A stretch of 62,113 bases of DNA, the filler included. It is 7 parts of 7 records of this genome, joined end to end, with 100 filler letters (N's around TTAATTAATTAA, not from the genome) between each part and the next. Parts side by side here need not be neighbours in the genome. Positions count along the whole stretch, not along the records: positions 1 to 11,589 come from SRR2962707_2398; positions 11,690 to 19,962 come from SRR2962707_2404; 5 more parts are not named here. The stretch is one strand, 5' to 3'. Made by a program: the position numbers and the translations under genes. Below are positions 1 to 14,600 of this stretch, in pieces. Each line of letters starts with the position of its first letter. Position 1 is the first letter of the stretch. The notes beneath the pieces are model-generated. The model was not told where the DNA came from and did no database searches. It saw only the letters and a program-made list of their open reading frames with translations.

Positions 1-30
1 AGTCGCAGTCGCAGTCGCAGTCGCAGTCGC
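1..30 (+). repeat. (AGTCGC)5 microsatellite at contig start, in frame as (Ser-Arg)n
   Basis: Five perfect copies. Frame 1 is open from base 1 through the repeat into ORF 124..1698. Confidence 0.9.
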
Positions 31-3000
31 TCCTCAAGCCCTACGTCAACTTCGGATTCAGGCAGCTTAGGGTATCAGCTGTATGGCGGTGTCAGATACA
101 AATCGTCGGCATCATCCAGCAGCGTGGCTACTGTTGCCTCTTCGTCGGGTTGGACAATGCAGTCTCACAAGCAAAAAGGAGAAAGCCTGCTTCCCGTGCT
201 AGGCAGTTCATCGTCTCGGTCCGGGCATTCCCAGCAGAACAGCGCCGCACCCAACCCAGATGTGCCAATTGGTCGTGGCACTCGACTTCCTTCAACACAG
301 AGTGATGAACACAGCAGAGACGCTGCTGATGGAAATGTACTGCAAGAAACAAAGGAGCTGATGCATCTAGAACAGCGAATGTTTTTAGACCGAGATATTC
401 GCCGCGCCCTGGAATCCCAATTGCTTGCTGTCTTGCACTCTGCGTCGCATTGGGACAAACTCCCACGCCTTCACTTGGCGATCGCAGAGGCCCGCAAGCT
501 GGGCCTTCGCGATGATAATAAGCACATCCTACGGGCAAAAAGGCGATACAAAGAACTTGAGGATGCTAAGGCAGCCCACAAAACGCAGCAACAGGCACTT
601 CGAATGTTAGATGCCACAGTTGCGAACTCAACGGAAATTTCGCATCTGCCTGCACTCTCTGCGATAATTGAGGCTGCTGTCACAGGCGGCGTCCCCGCAG
701 ATCACCGATCAATGCTGATTGCGCGTCATCATGAATCTGAACTTGTCCGAAGAAGGGACATCCGTGACGTGTTGGATAGCGCAGAGGATCTTGTTTTGGA
801 AGTAAATGCCGCTTTGCAACTTACACAAGACGGCAGCGCCATTAGTTTCAAGAGCCGAAACAGTAAAGGGCATGTGGAGGGCCACGTTGACTCGGGCCGC
901 TGTTCTGGCAAGTACCATTTAGCACATGGTGAGCTCGATTGTGATACCGGCAACACTCAACAAGAGTGGTGCACTGTGGCGCGCCTTTCCTACTTCGCGC
1001 ACCGCCTCACTGTGTTTCGCGGCCAATTGATGGCACTGCGCGCAAATGCAGCACGTGGTGATGTTGGAGCAGTCTTCATGTGCACTCGCACCGCAGAACA
1101 GGATCTGCGTGTCAAACGCCAAGTCCTGCACCGGCTTGAAAGTGACTGCGGTGCCTTGCAGCAACATATGCATACTCGTTCAACAGCCTTCATCCCTGAG
1201 AACACGCGGTCGTGCATTTTAGCCGCAGAGGAGGCTATTTTAATTGCACGTCTTCATCCTAGCGAGCCAGAAGTTGCCCACTTCCGAAAATTAGCAGCAT
1301 GTCTCGAAGCAGAGGAGCGTTTACAACGGGAAGCAGAGGACCTTCTTGAAGAGTTCCGCAAACGCCGAGAAAAAGGTGCTTTCGTCTCGTCCAATGAATC
1401 AGCATCTGGTGTCGGCTGCGACAGTGTTGATGCCATTGTCTTGTTTGATCCGTCTGGCCAAGATTTGGAAAACCCGGCGCCCCCATCATCCTCTTCAAAG
1501 AAGAAGACGTCAGGGCTGGCTGTCGAAACCGTTGCCGCACAGCGCCAACGTCTACAAGATTTCCGTACACGGACGGAGGAAATCCGAGACAAACATTCCC
1601 TTGCAGACGACTCATGGGTTTGTGATCTTGGCATTCCACCATGCGGCGTCTTCGTTTACGTGCAACAACTGCTGACTGATTCAGTTGCTTGTCTGTGAAA
1701 CCTGTTTTTCTAGGCTTTGAAAGCAGCACACCACGCAGCCCAAGTCATGCATGTACATGCTGCGCTTAAGGAAAAAGCATGTGATTTTGTTCGAGAAGCT
1801 GCAGCCTTCATCGCTAAATTGGATCGCCAACGCATGGATGATGATGCCTTCGTCGTCGCGGACCAAGGCGCGGCATCTTCGTCGATTCTGTGCCGCTTTC
1901 GAAGACTCGCACAACCGTTGCCAACTGTGTCTGAGTCTGGCAATGACCGGGCTTCAAGGATGTCCGAAGAAGGATCTAGCCGTGTCGGCGAGTTTGGCGT
2001 TGGTGGTGGCACGGGATTTGATTCAAGCGGGGATCGCCACCCTGGCAACGAAGTTCAAGTAAACGTGGGCACCTTTCGGCATAGATGGCGCGAAGACGAG
2101 GACCAGACGCACGATGCCGCCGAAAGGGTGCTGTGGGATGGTGTATTTGGTCCGGAGCCGCATCGTCCTTTGGGTGTGCTTTTACAGCGCCTCTTGGGAG
2201 GCACGTTTGACACAACAACCACACTCCGTGGGTCGCGGCCATGGATTGTCGCAGAACGACGGCAGCAAAAAGAGGAAATGTGTCGCAAGCGAGAACATGA
2301 AATTTCTACGACGCAAGTCGCTGAGACCATGGAAGACAAAGCAAAGAGAATGTACGTGCTGAGCCGCAAAAATAAGACTGCATGGCGAGCTGTGCACGCA
2401 CACCAAATGTTGTAGGTCGGGTCTTCTTTCACAACAGAAAGGATTGTGCTAACTCGCTCTGTCCCTCTAACCGTTGGACTTGTTGGTTTAGGTATGCTGA
2501 ATACAAAGATTCTTTGCACCGCAAAGTACAAGCACAAAAGGCGGCCCTTGAGGAGGCGGCCGCACGAAAGGCCAAGATCGATGCTCACGAGAAGCAAATA
2601 CAACGAACACAGAATGTTGCAGCAAGGCGAATTCAAGTCATGATTAAGCGACGGGCCTCGAAGTGGGTGGGCCAAGAGAGTCATTTCGTGGCCATTTCTC
2701 CAGAAGAACCTGACTTCCAAACAGCTCTTGCATTAGTGCGCCGATTGTTTGCGTCAACCGAACTTGGACAACGACTTCAATTGTGTCCGGCTCAGCGGCT
2801 AGCTCAATCCACTGGCATGCTGGAGGATCGAACTGAACAAGTGTCATCTTCCGACGATATCCTTCAAGATCCCGCGTCCCCAGCGGAAGCAGAGACTCAA
2901 GGGGACACGAGTGCCCATCAAACGAGAGAAACGGAACAGCCAGGGCAGAGTGACGCGTTTCAGACAACTACCAACGTTGGCATGAGACTTTTGCCAATTG

Positions 3001-6000
3001 ACTCGCTTACAAGTTTAAACGAAGCGCTACAAAAGGCCAGAGCTTTCGGGGTGCCTGAGGACGACCCGCGCATCTGCTGTGAGGCTGCTGCCTTGCGCCT
3101 TGTGCTGCAGGAACGTGAAGCTCTCCGCCGTATGCGTTGCGCTCTACAAACCCTTTACCTCAAGCCTCGAGATCCAGTTGCTGCATCCGAACTGAAAGAC
3201 GCTGTGTCCACGCACGATGAGGTACGGGCCCTGGAGGCTGCTCGAGACGCTGCTGAGGCAACTTCTGAAGCAATGGTTGAAGCTCTGGAGTCAAAAGAAG
3301 TGGCTCTTGAGCACAGCAAGGCCAACACCTTCGGAGGAGCAGTGGTTCAAAAAGATGTGCCACTTCCAACGTCCTTCCCACTTTACCACGCTGCCTACAA
3401 CCATGCTTTCCTTGAGCGTGAATTTTCGACGGAGGAGCACGTAGCTTTGCGCAAATGTTCAGAAGCACAGCTCGTGTACCTTCAAAACTATGATTCTGCA
3501 TGCCGTGAGGTCGATGCGGTCCTCAAGTCAGTGGCAGCAGGAACCGATATTTTAGGGGGCGACGTTGAAAAATTGGAGGATATTCTGATGCGTCACTCGA
3601 CCGTAGAATTCCGCAAAATGCAACATCGGGCCGCTCAGCGAATTCAAGCGAGCGCGCGCGGCATGCTTCATCGACGACGCCGAAATACCAACAACAATTC
3701 TACCTTACTGACCCATCTTGATGCCAGGTCTGATGCCGCAAGTCGTCAATCAAAAAACCCAGTCAACAGGATGGAAACTGGGCATGTCCGTGAGACCCAA
3801 TTTACCGCCGCTGCCGCTTCTGCCGATCGAGGGTCAGTCTCATTGGCAGATTTAGAAGTTCCATCCGAAAAAAAGTCCGACGCCGAAAATTCATTGGATA
3901 TCTCGGATGCAAAGGCGCGTGCCGTGGACGAGGCTTTTGTTCACTGGTTAACTCCTCCGTATACTTCGCGAGCACTTGATTCCGTTGCTTCCGTGGAACC
4001 AACACCTGATGAAATTGCCGCGAAAGTGCCAGCCGCAGTTCCTCGCTGCGGCCTACTGGGTGAAGATTGTGAAATGATTTTGACTGCACGCTCCCGTCTC
4101 ACCGAGCTTAAGACACAGCGCAAAGCAGCTCGAAGAGTGCTTGTGGCGCTGCAGGACGCGCAAGCAGTACCTCCTAGTCGACGAGATGCACTGGACGTTG
4201 AGCCGCTTTACTCAGCTGGCACTGCAGCGTTGGAGAGTGGGGTCAATCCCCACAATCAGGTCATTGTGGAAGCAGCAGCGTTCGTGAAGGAGACACGCAG
4301 ACTAGAAGCGGTTGCGAAAACGTTGCTCCACAACGTGGGGACTATTGCATGCCAGCGTGGACGGTCACGTGTAGACGACATCGGTACAGCAATGGCTGTC
4401 GCACTCGAGGCAGGGCTCGACGGGGGCAGTGCTGCCATAGCTGCCGCACGCAATGCTTTGGCAACGGTACAACGAGAACTCGCCGGAATCCAAAAACTGC
4501 GTCAAAACGCAGTTCGAGCGCTTGCACAAAGAAGCTTTGCAATGATTACCGCTGCCATTCATGAAGCTGTGGACGAGTTTGGTGTTCGTGAGGTGCACGA
4601 CGTGATGCAAATGGCCCGAGGAATTGAGGAAACTTTGCGGGTCGACCATCTTGATCAAGAAGAACTTCGAAATCTGAAGACGCTCCTTGCCCAACATCAG
4701 CGTGCTGAAGCTGAGGTGCGTGGTGCCGAATGTATTAACGAGTTTGTGCTATTGATGGCTGCCCATGTTCAACGATGAACGTGCTGTGAGATGTCGATGG
4801 TATCTTGTGTAGAGTCAGAATCGAACCTTTTTTTTTCACAACACGCTTGCCCGTCATTTGTTTGAATGTTTAGGCCGAGACGAATATCCGCGAAGCGGAG
4901 CGACACCTCCTTGCCGCAACCACTGCAGCGGAAGCCGCGAAGACAGAGCTGGCCGCTGTGCAGCCAAAACTACCAAAACTCGCCGAAGCTCTTGAAGCTG
5001 CTAAGGTTGCCTTTGCCACTGCATCCAGTGCGAGTGCCAAGGCTGTTGAATCCCGAGCCGCTGCCACCGCGCAGCTGAAAGCCTCCAATAATGCAGCAGT
5101 CATAGCTCGGCAAGCAGTGGCGAATGCTGATGCTCAAGAAGAATTAGCTAATGTTGAAGTGAAGAAATGTGTGAGTCAACATTTGCAGCTTCAGGCTCGG
5201 CTATCCGAGCTTCGAGCAACTAGCGGCATTGACGAGCGAGAAGTTTCTGTCGTCGATGGGGAAATGGCTGACGCTGCGGATGCCCTTTCTGCAGCTAAAG
5301 TACGGGCCACCGAAGCGGCCAAAGCGGCAGAGAGCGCTGCCGAACAGGAAAGCCAACTCGCAAGTCAGCAGGAGGCCGCATCTGACATGTTGCAACTAGC
5401 TGAAGTGGAGGCAGATCGGCGAGGAGCAACTGCAGAGCAATGCCGAGCTACTTTAGAAAACGCAGAAACTGCGTACAACTCGGCCCACAAGAGGTGCGCT
5501 GTGGCAGAGGAGGCTAAGCAAGCCACCGATGATGCATTGAGTCAGGCAATGAGTCGTCACAAGGATTGTATACGAAAACGTGACGAAGCGCGCGCGCGTG
5601 CGGCAGCAACTGGTGCCAAGATCTCTGCCGTCGAAGAGCGACGCGAGAGACAACTTGACAGCAATCGGCATGGCTTGAAGCGAACTTTGCACGAGATGCG
5701 GGCAGCGCTGCAGCGAAAGGCCTATGCGGCTCGAGACACTCTCATCGCGGAGTTGGAAGCAGCTGCATTTGCAGATGACTTTGAGGATGACGATGACAAT
5801 GAAAGTGACGGCGAGAGCCAATGCACAAGCGAGCCTCTGGTCCGAGCGCCCGGCACAAATAACAAGCGCGAGTCGCTTGGACCATCCTTGGACGGTGATG
5901 AGGATGACGGTGACATTGAGCAGCAAGTGCCCTGTCGGGTTGAAGACGCTGACGCAAGCAATGTACGAACGTCTTTCTTGCATTTGTCGCAGGACGCAGA

Positions 6001-6220
6001 GCAAGGGGTTTCGTCGAATGGCACTTCGACAGCTTTGGCTTCACGCAGTGCTAGCAGCAGCACCGTGGACTTTTGGGGCTCGATGGACACGCTAGTTCAA
6101 GAAGAAGAAGCTGCATTGAAGGTCCAGTCTGTCGCGCGAGGTCGTTTGCAGCGCAAGCACCATAGTGGCAATACCAACGGGGCAGCCGAACAAGTTGAAG
6201 TCGATGGACATTCGTCGTAG
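1..6220 (+). CDS. Large eukaryotic coiled-coil protein with IQ (calmodulin-binding) motifs, 5'-truncated, 4 exons
   Basis: Exons 1-1617, 1714-2351, 2492-4715 and 4874-6220 join in frame through GT-AG introns 1618-1713, 2352-2491 and 4716-4873 (>1,900 aa). IQ-like motifs: IQVMIKRR, IQASARGMLHRRR, VQSVARGRLQRK. Ala/Glu-rich helical stretches. Confidence 0.75.
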
Positions 6221-6481
6221 ATGCATCTCTGAGCAGCACACGGAGCAGGGTTTTTCTTTCAAATTTCAAAATTCAAATTTGTGGTTTTGTGTTGCCACCA
6301 CAATTTTTAATTTTTACGTTGCAGTTATCGTGGAACACACATTTGAATGCCTTACTTCGTGACAACCCATCGCCAACTTCCAAGCACCCTGCATGTTGGC
6401 CTTTTTTGCTCAAAACTAAATCAAATTGTTGGAACATGAGGCGGAAGGTCAAATTAAACTTCGACACAGTCTAGCCAATAC

Positions 6482-9400
6482 TCATGCTCTTTGGCCACTG
6501 TGCAGCAGCTTGTCGTGAAGCTGAACCAAACCGTCCTGGCGAACCTGAATGCGGACGCAGTTGCTGCCATCAGAAGCCGCGCCGAAGACGTGAACTTTCC
6601 CAACTAGCGATCCCAAGCGTCCATCACTTGTTTGCTGTTCGTGCTCATCTTCTTGCCGAGCACCGTGGAGGTTGTCTAATCCGTTGCCAGAATTTAACAC
6701 CCGTGTGAAGGCGAGCTCGGAGAAGCTGGTTGGGACACGAAGCGTCTGGTGCTGTCTGAGGAGCTTCTGCGAGACAGAGTCTCGAATATGTTGGAGCCGC
6801 GATTTCAGCTGTTGCGTCCGAGCAGCTTTCGACGCCACGTGGTCAATGGCAGACACAAGCGGTTGGCTGACGACAACTGTCGTTGGGCTCGGTGGTTTTT
6901 GGCCATCAGACGCCTGCTTTTCAGACACAGCAACAGGTTTTGCAGCTGCAGCACGGCGGCTTAGAGTCGGGATGCGTGCCACTGTTGGGCGGCTGATGTG
7001 CGCGACAAGCGAATCATTCAGCTGTGCAAGCTGCGCACGGATTTTGGCCTGATTTTCAGCAAAATCTGGGACACCGGGGTGCAGCACGGCGTTCCTGGAA
7101 GCTGCAGCCGCTGGAATTACGCGAGGCAAATCGGGCAGCGTGGATTCGAGCTGGCGCAGAGCTATGCGTTTCCAGGCGTTTCTGCGGTCCAGCGTGTAGT
7201 CAATTGTCGCTGACAAAGCAACAGCCTCGGCAGAGTTCAGCACGCCAGTTGCCAAACCAGCTGCACCAGCCCCTTGGCTCCTGTTGGCACCTGCATCGGC
7301 CGAACTGCTGGCACTGGCCGTAGCATTCGCTGCCACTGCTGCAAGCTTCTTGAGGTTGAGGCGAGTAAGCTTTGTGGGCGACCCCTGCCCAGCAGTGCCA
7401 CCGGCAACAGGGCTATCGGCCGGAGAGTTGGACGGTGATGTTGCGGTTCCACCGCCTGCGCGCTTTAAGGCACGCATTTCCTTCATTACCGTCTTGTACT
7501 TTTCGTCCAGGCGCTTAATCTTCGCCTTGGCGAGATCTAACTGCTTGCGTTCCTTTGCAATAGCAGATTCATTTTCACGCTGCGCCTCAGCAAGCTGCGA
7601 TTGTGCAGCTTCCGCTTGGCCGGCCACGCGACTGATTTCGGCCTGAAGTCTTGTCTCCAACTTCGTGCGTAGATACTCTGCCTTCAGCACAAGTTCTTGC
7701 TTTTCCTCCAAGGCTGCACGCCCACGCTCAATTTCGGCCTTGAGGTCCTGGACACGTGCAGGAAGCAACGCTGACTCTACAAGTTGCGCCCGGGTGGCGG
7801 CTGCCCGCTTCTCCCAGGGTGTCAAAGCACCGTCACGACTCCGCGAACTGAGAAGAGCTGATACATCGCCAGCAGCTGCACCAGATGGCGTTATTCCGGG
7901 CAGGGATGGTCGGGTCTTCCACAATGAATCCGCACTGGTGGTGCTTGCAACGGCTGCAGCACCATCGCCACCGCTGACTTGGGACTCTGCCATGGATACC
8001 TTCAGCTTCAGCTGCGCCAACAATTTATCCAAGCAGTCCCCGGTGTGGTTCCCCCCATCGCCCGAAAAGTCCACAGACTTGACGGCATCTTCCACGGCCT
8101 TTAGGGACGTTCCCGAGTCACCGGAAAGACCGGCGGCAATGAGCCCTTCACCACCGAGAAGGCCGTCGGCCTTGGTGTTGAGGCAGCGAACCAAATCGCA
8201 GCAGCTGCGCAACATTTGCAACGTCATGGCACCGTTGTCAGTCAACCTAGTCGCGGCATGGGACGCGCGGGCCTCGATCACATTCTGCTCCAGCCGCGCA
8301 AGCGCTCGGCAACAGGGTTTCCACACGTCCTCCAGTAATGCTTCGCCAAGCGACTGCAAAAAATGAGACAGAGTAAAAAAACAAGGACCATGCCGAGCCA
8401 CAATAGGTGCACACAATACAGTCGGTTGTGCGAAAGAGCATCGCGACTCACTTTGAACTCTCGCTTAAGATCTGTGACGCGACTGCGGTCTTGCTCCGAC
8501 GGCTCGGGTTGATTGTCAAATTCCGAGGCACAAAGGCGTAGCTTCGCCAGCAGGGCCGCAGAAAGGTACGCCGCCTCCTGCGCCGCGCACAGTAGGTCTT
8601 CGTGTCCTGCGAGCAGGCTGAAGGGGTCCACTTCTCCACCGGATCCATTGGCATTCGTACTGTCAGCGTCGTTTTCGTTCGACTGCGAAGCTATCAGTGC
8701 CAGGCACTTGTCCGCCGCACTCTGAGCAGCTGGGGCCAGCTCGCACAGTTCAGTCAACGACTCTGCATAGACACCATTGCCCCCGTTGATGCGCATGGCA
8801 GCAAGAATTGTGTCTGCAGCACGGCCAGCACTCCCAACAGGAACTTCCGCCAAAGAAGCACTCTCGAGAAATACGTCCTCGGGCGTGTCGACATGGTTGA
8901 GAACGATATCAACAGTTGCGACTGCGCGCACCACGATGCCAATCTGAGCTGCTCCGGCGCACTCTCGCGCAAATTCTCGAAGCGACACTTCTCCATATAT
9001 GTCCTTGACTTGCTGCAACACACGAAGAACAGACCGACGAAGCAATTTGATCAAATATAAAAATCCATTCGGAATCAATTTTGGTTTTTGCAACTTTTAA
9101 GTGGGAGAACACAGACATGACGGTTGGGACAATTTCCGTGGAGGTGACAATTGATGAATGGAACTTGCCTGTTCGTTCAGGGCGCGATCAGAGATTTTGT
9201 TGACGATAAACGCAAATTTGTCCTGTGTAACTGCAATGCTGCGAAGGACAGCCAAGGCAGGTGCGTCGGATTGCAGAAGTTCCGACGGGATGAAGGCGCT
9301 GAGATGGTCAACTTCCTGAGACTTGAGACCAAGCTTGAACTGCTCCATTCGCAAGTCAAGGCTCGCTTGCGCCGCCCTGCGCTGCACTGCTGCAAGGCTG

Positions 9401-11439
9401 TTTTGAGAGCTGAGGGCATTTTGCAGTGTGGCGCTGGACGCACCCTCTGCTTGGCGGAGGTACCTGCGACGGGATTGCATGTGCGAGTGCACCCAATGCA
9501 TGAGTTGCGCATACATTCACGGCACAAGACAACCATTCAAGTCAATATGACGACGCCAGATCGCCGCAATGCATGCGCAAGTCAACAAGTAGGTAAAAGG
9601 CAACGGTTCAACTTCCAAGCGACACCTACGAAATTTGTTCCTTGAGACCATCCATCTCATCTGCAGCCTTTGCAAGCTGCTCCCGATACTTGCCGATGGT
9701 CAACTCACGGTCATTGACTGCAGACTTGAATGCACCTACAGCTTGCGTTAATTTTGTGACTTGGGTTGTCAACACAGAAACTTCTTCGTTCAACTGTTTT
9801 TCTGTCTCGTCCCGCTCCAACTCCAACTCCTCGTTCAGTTCGCGCTCGTCCTCAAACTCCGCGACAGCCGTTTCCAATTCAGCCACCTATGAGTCCACGG
9901 CAACAGCCAGCAAGTGAGACAGGTGAAAATGAAGTGATGAGGCGACTGGCGACTGGCAACTTGCAGCGCAAACATTGTAGACAACGACAAAAGCGGCCAC
10001 CAGAGTGGGGTCTGCACATGCTGCACATGTCCCCACACCTTGTCGCCAAGCTCGAGGTTCTTTTCGGACAGGTCTTCGACCATTTCCTCAAATGCGCTTG
10101 CGGTGTCGAGCTGATCCTTCAGATCTGACACTGCTTCGGTGAGCTCTGCATTTTTAGTCTGGAGGTCTTGTACCTTGTCTTCTAGGTCTGGCACTTTGGC
10201 TGCTTGCTTCTCAGCCATGCGAAGCTGCTTCGAAAGCTCTGTCTTCTGTGCATTGGACTGGTCATGCAATTTCTGCAGAGCGGCCCGAAGTTTGGCGTTG
10301 TGGTCGATGAGCTGCGACACGTCAGCATCCGCAGCTTGAGAGGATCCATCGCCGTCACCGCCACCATCAGAAGCGGTCGCCGCCTGGCGGACCTGTTGCG
10401 TGGTCTCCAAGTGTTCAATCTTTTCGTAGAGAGACTCGAGCTCCAGCTCCTGCTCGGCAGCTTTTTCCTCGAACTCCTCTGCCCTCAGTTCCACCTCTTC
10501 CTTTTCGAGGGTGAGCATCTCCACAGATTCTTCCAGCTCGGCGATCTTCAGCTCCGCGTCGTCAAACTTACGCTTCAGCGATACCAGGGCCGCCTTATCC
10601 TTGGCCGACTGCGCAAGCTTGTCCTTCATGTCGCCGCTCGTGTCGGCGTGTCGGCGCTCAAGGCTATCCGCTTTGCTCGTTGCAGCAGCGAGAAGCTTTT
10701 CCTTCTCCAGCACGCGAGCCTGAAGCTCTTTCACTTGTTCTTCAGCCGTTTTGGCCTTCTGCATCAGCTGGTACTCCTTGTACTCCATCTGCTGCACCAC
10801 GGACTCTTTTTCTTCCAGCTGTTCTGTCAACCGCATGATCGTAGCAACGGACTGGGCATCGGCAGACGAGCCCGACCGGCCCCTGGGCGCACCGATGCTA
10901 CTGGTCTCACCTCCGCCAGGGCCGTCGACAGACCTTTTCTCTGTTGCAGCGGCATCGGCGACAGATTCGGAAGCTGGGGCAGAGTTTCGAGACGACTTCG
11001 AAGGAGAGCGCGCGGGAGCAGGGGCGGGTTCCGGGGCCGCAGATGGCGCACTGCTGCTTCCTGACAGACGCGAAGTCCGCGTTGGAATGTTCGAGGCAGA
11101 CGACGACGGCTTGGGCGTCTTGGGCGTCCCACGAGCAGACACAGTGCCCCGTCTCCCAGTCTTTGCAGGTGCAGGTGAGCCACCAGCAGCAGCACCACCA
11201 CCCGAGGCTGAGGAGCCCGGTGCTGCACGAACTTGCGATTTTTTTACAAAAAGCCCGTACTTTTCCTTGCACTGAAAGTACTCGACCCCATTGACAGATC
11301 CGTTGTTCTTGCCCTCGGGCTTGTCCAGCTCTACGCCTACCCACTCGCCCACAGAGAACTCGGTGGTGCCGAAGAAGCGGACGACGCCGGTCTTGCCGCC
11401 CGTCACCACGCGGGCACCGACCTTGACAGTTCGACTCAT
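6482..11439 (-). CDS. DCTN1: Dynactin subunit 1 (p150Glued)-like protein, 5 exons
   Basis: N-terminal CAP-Gly domain ([38 protein letters not shown]), then a basic S/P-rich region and coiled coil with [15 protein letters not shown]. Exons 11439-10039, 9886-9630, 9463-9169, 9012-8452 and 8353-6482 join in frame (1,461 aa). Confidence 0.85.
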
Positions 11440-11589
11440 CGTTGTTTCGCTCGCAGTGATAGAAGAAGCCTAACTAACTACCCACACACACGCACGCACA
11501 CTGGTGAGGGAGGGAGCGAGCGAGGAAGCCAAGGTGACTTCCACAGAAGCGGACTTTCTGTCTGGCTGTCTGTCTGTCTGTCGGTCTGT

Positions 11590-11689
11590 NNNNNNNNNNN
11601 NNNNNNNNNNNNNNNNNNNNNNNNNNNNNNNNNTTAATTAATTAANNNNNNNNNNNNNNNNNNNNNNNNNNNNNNNNNNNNNNNNNNNN
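11590..11689. other. Artificial contig linker (N44-TTAATTAATTAA-N44)
   Basis: Identical 100-bp spacer with stops in all six frames, repeated six times in the window. Confidence 0.98.
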
Positions 11690-14600
11690 AACAAAAACAA
11701 CAACAACAACAACAACAACTCAGGATGAAGGAGCTGGAAGCTCCGCGCCTCGAGCACGCTCAACTGGGGGCAGAAGGCGTGGTGCTGCCAGTCTAGCTTC
11801 TGAGACTCGAGTGATATGCCCGCCTTTTGAGGCTGCCAAGGACTTTTGCGAGCGAGTCAGGGCGAGTGGGGGCGAACGTGGCGGCGCGGTCAGCAGTCGA
11901 AGCAATGATCCAGACTTGCCGCTCTATTCTGCAGGTGTGGACGTGGATGAGCTTGTCGATGCACAGCTGCACTATTTCCAGCAAAAGTATGTGTCGGAGT
12001 ATATCCCGGCGGCAGTGCTGACTCCTGTGCTGCACGAGGCCCTTGCTGCAGAAGTTGCAGAGTCCACTCCAGCCCGGCCTCGACCTAGGTCTCAATCTCG
12101 ATCTCAAGCCCAGTCCCCATCGCAGCCCCAAGCTCAATCAAAATCCCAATCCCAATCGCGATCTGTGTCTCGATCGACTGGGCCCGCCGTTGCAGACGCG
12201 ATGGCGGGCCCGAACTTACCAGTAGGCGGCCCAACGTATCCAGGGAATCTGCTCGTACTCATACAGCGACCTGCCGCGCACTATCTTGTGTATGCGTGCT
12301 CGAATATTGTGGGCAAGGCAGGCGAAGTGAGCAGCGACTACTCTGAAATATGCATGAACGATGCGCCCTGTGGCCAAAATCACTTTTTGCAGTGCCGCTG
12401 GTGTTGCGTTGGTGATGATCATGCCGACGGTTCTTCGCAAACTCGGAGAGTGGCACCGTCAAATAGTGATGCAAATCCTCACCGCTTCGACAGCAAGCAG
12501 TCAACACCGCATCTTCGAGACTCATTTTGGCGACCCTTGTCCATCGTCGTCGGCTTTGAGGTTTGCCAAGTTGTTGAAATCTTGCAGACACCCTGCGCCA
12601 TTGAAGCTTTTGACGACACCACGCAGTCCCTCGGCGCGCAGGCGCTGCTCGCTGTGCGTACAGCCCATTCTATAGTTATTGTTGGGCTGTTCCACACGCA
12701 CAACGAGTCAAGCCGCTCGCCAGCGACAGGCATGCGATCTGCGAGACCCGAGCTGCGGGTGCTGCGTATATTGCAGTGGCACGGGCCTGGTGTCCTATGT
12801 ATGATCGAGCCCAACCTGGAGATCCCATTCGAGATATGCTGCGTGGATGATTCTGGCATGGTTGCTGTTTTGGATGTTTCATTCGTGAATGAAATCAACG
12901 AGGTTCCTCCGATTGCTGGAACGCACCCTTCTCGCGGCAACCCCGCTGAACTCACGACATCGATTTCATGCGAAGCCCGGATTTCACTCCCAACACCCCG
13001 CTCCAAGCGCAGATACACATGTAAATATGGCCAATCTCCACGTTTGGTGTGGATGGCCGACTTCTCCGGAGTTCACCAAATGGATGTCGCCGCTGGGTAC
13101 GTTGTATTGGGGGTTTGGGCGGGGCGGGGGGCGGTGCTTACAAGGCCATGCATTTGTATTGGTATGATTGACTCCCCTGAATCCCTTCATGATGCTCGAC
13201 GTCCGCTCAGAAAAGTGCGCATGAACATATTTCGCCCTCCGCGTCCTGTCACAGCAATCGTGGTGAATCCGGTCCGTGTTTCGAAAGTCATTCCGTGGCA
13301 TCCATGAGCCAAGGCTGCGGTGTCATTCTCAACGTTTGAATGCCTCGCATTCAGGCCAACAAATTTGAGCTCATAATTCTGACTTCAGAAACTGTCCTTC
13401 TGGGCGATGCTCGGTGCCCGAATGCACCCCTTTTGGAGTGGCGGCACTATCACCCTGTTGGGGCTCCCCGGATCAATTCTCATTTTCAAAGTGGGCTAAC
13501 CGCGGCCATGGTGCGAATTTCGTCGCATGGCTATCTGTGCTTCATGCAATGAAACTATCTGACGGTGTGTGCTTGGCATTCTCAGGCTCTGTCTCTGCCA
13601 GCGCTTGATGTGACTAGTTGCGATGGAAACCTCGTTGCAGATCCGCTTCGTCGAGTGTCAGTGGCTTTTGCGTTTGGCGTCGGCGCCCCCATGCCTCAGG
13701 TCCGGCTTTTCCGAGCTCGTTTGTGTTTTCACGGCTCCTAATCTTCAATTCACGGCTTTTCCTGTGTCTGCTTGCTTCAATCCCCACGAACTGTGACGAA
13801 CTCAGACGAACGGAATAGTTCGTGTTGCGTTTCGCAACGCCTTTTCAGAAGGCGGGGCTGGAGCCTCAACGCGTACAGGTCCAATGAAATTTTCAGACAG
13901 TGAAAAAGTTCTCGATGATTGGCTGTCAGGCAAGAATGCGACCGAGGTGGATCGGGACGTGGTTCAAACTGCGCAAGGTACACATACTTGGCATATTTGT
14001 TGATGCGAAATCGTGACTTGCTTTTTTCTTAGCAACGGCAATTGCAAAGTTGTCAAAAAAATCCACTGAACAGAACTCCTGTTCGCTTGTCACCTTTTAT
14101 TTTACCAGCGACGCTTCAGGATTTGGAGGAAGAAGCCACAGCAGCGGCATCCTTTGATGATTTCACGACTTCGTGCTACGAGTCTCTGCTTGACCCCGCC
14201 GCCTCCGCTTTTTCACATCCTCCAAAACCTCTCGGGTTGGTCTCGTGGTTGTCGTTGGACTTTCCTCCAACCCACGCATCAGCCGCTGCAGCGAGCATAA
14301 CACATGCAGGCACCCAAGGTCAACGCCTGCAAGGCGTCGCTGTGTGTCGTGTTCCATTTTCTCAAGTTCAACATGTGACCGAGGATAGCAAGCATCGTAG
14401 CCATTGGGTACGCATAATCGCCTTGTCAAGCACCGGAGCGCTGGTGTGCAACACCACTCAGATCGAGATGTCCCCAGGCCTCCGCGTTATTGAACCTGAT
14501 GTGCGTACCCATGTTGTCGGCGTGATATAAGTCGGCGTGATATAAATCAGTCGTTCAACGTTTTAGATGCTGGTCTAGTACGATATATCCAAGCAACGAT

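Noticed and set aside
1-30. Telomeric repeat
   Set aside because: It is in frame with the downstream CDS as Ser-Arg, and the other contigs end in different simple repeats.
14516-14545. 15-bp tandem duplication (and a 19-bp one at 22598-22635)
   Set aside because: Two-copy slippage duplications in probable introns, with no sign of function or mobile-element ends.
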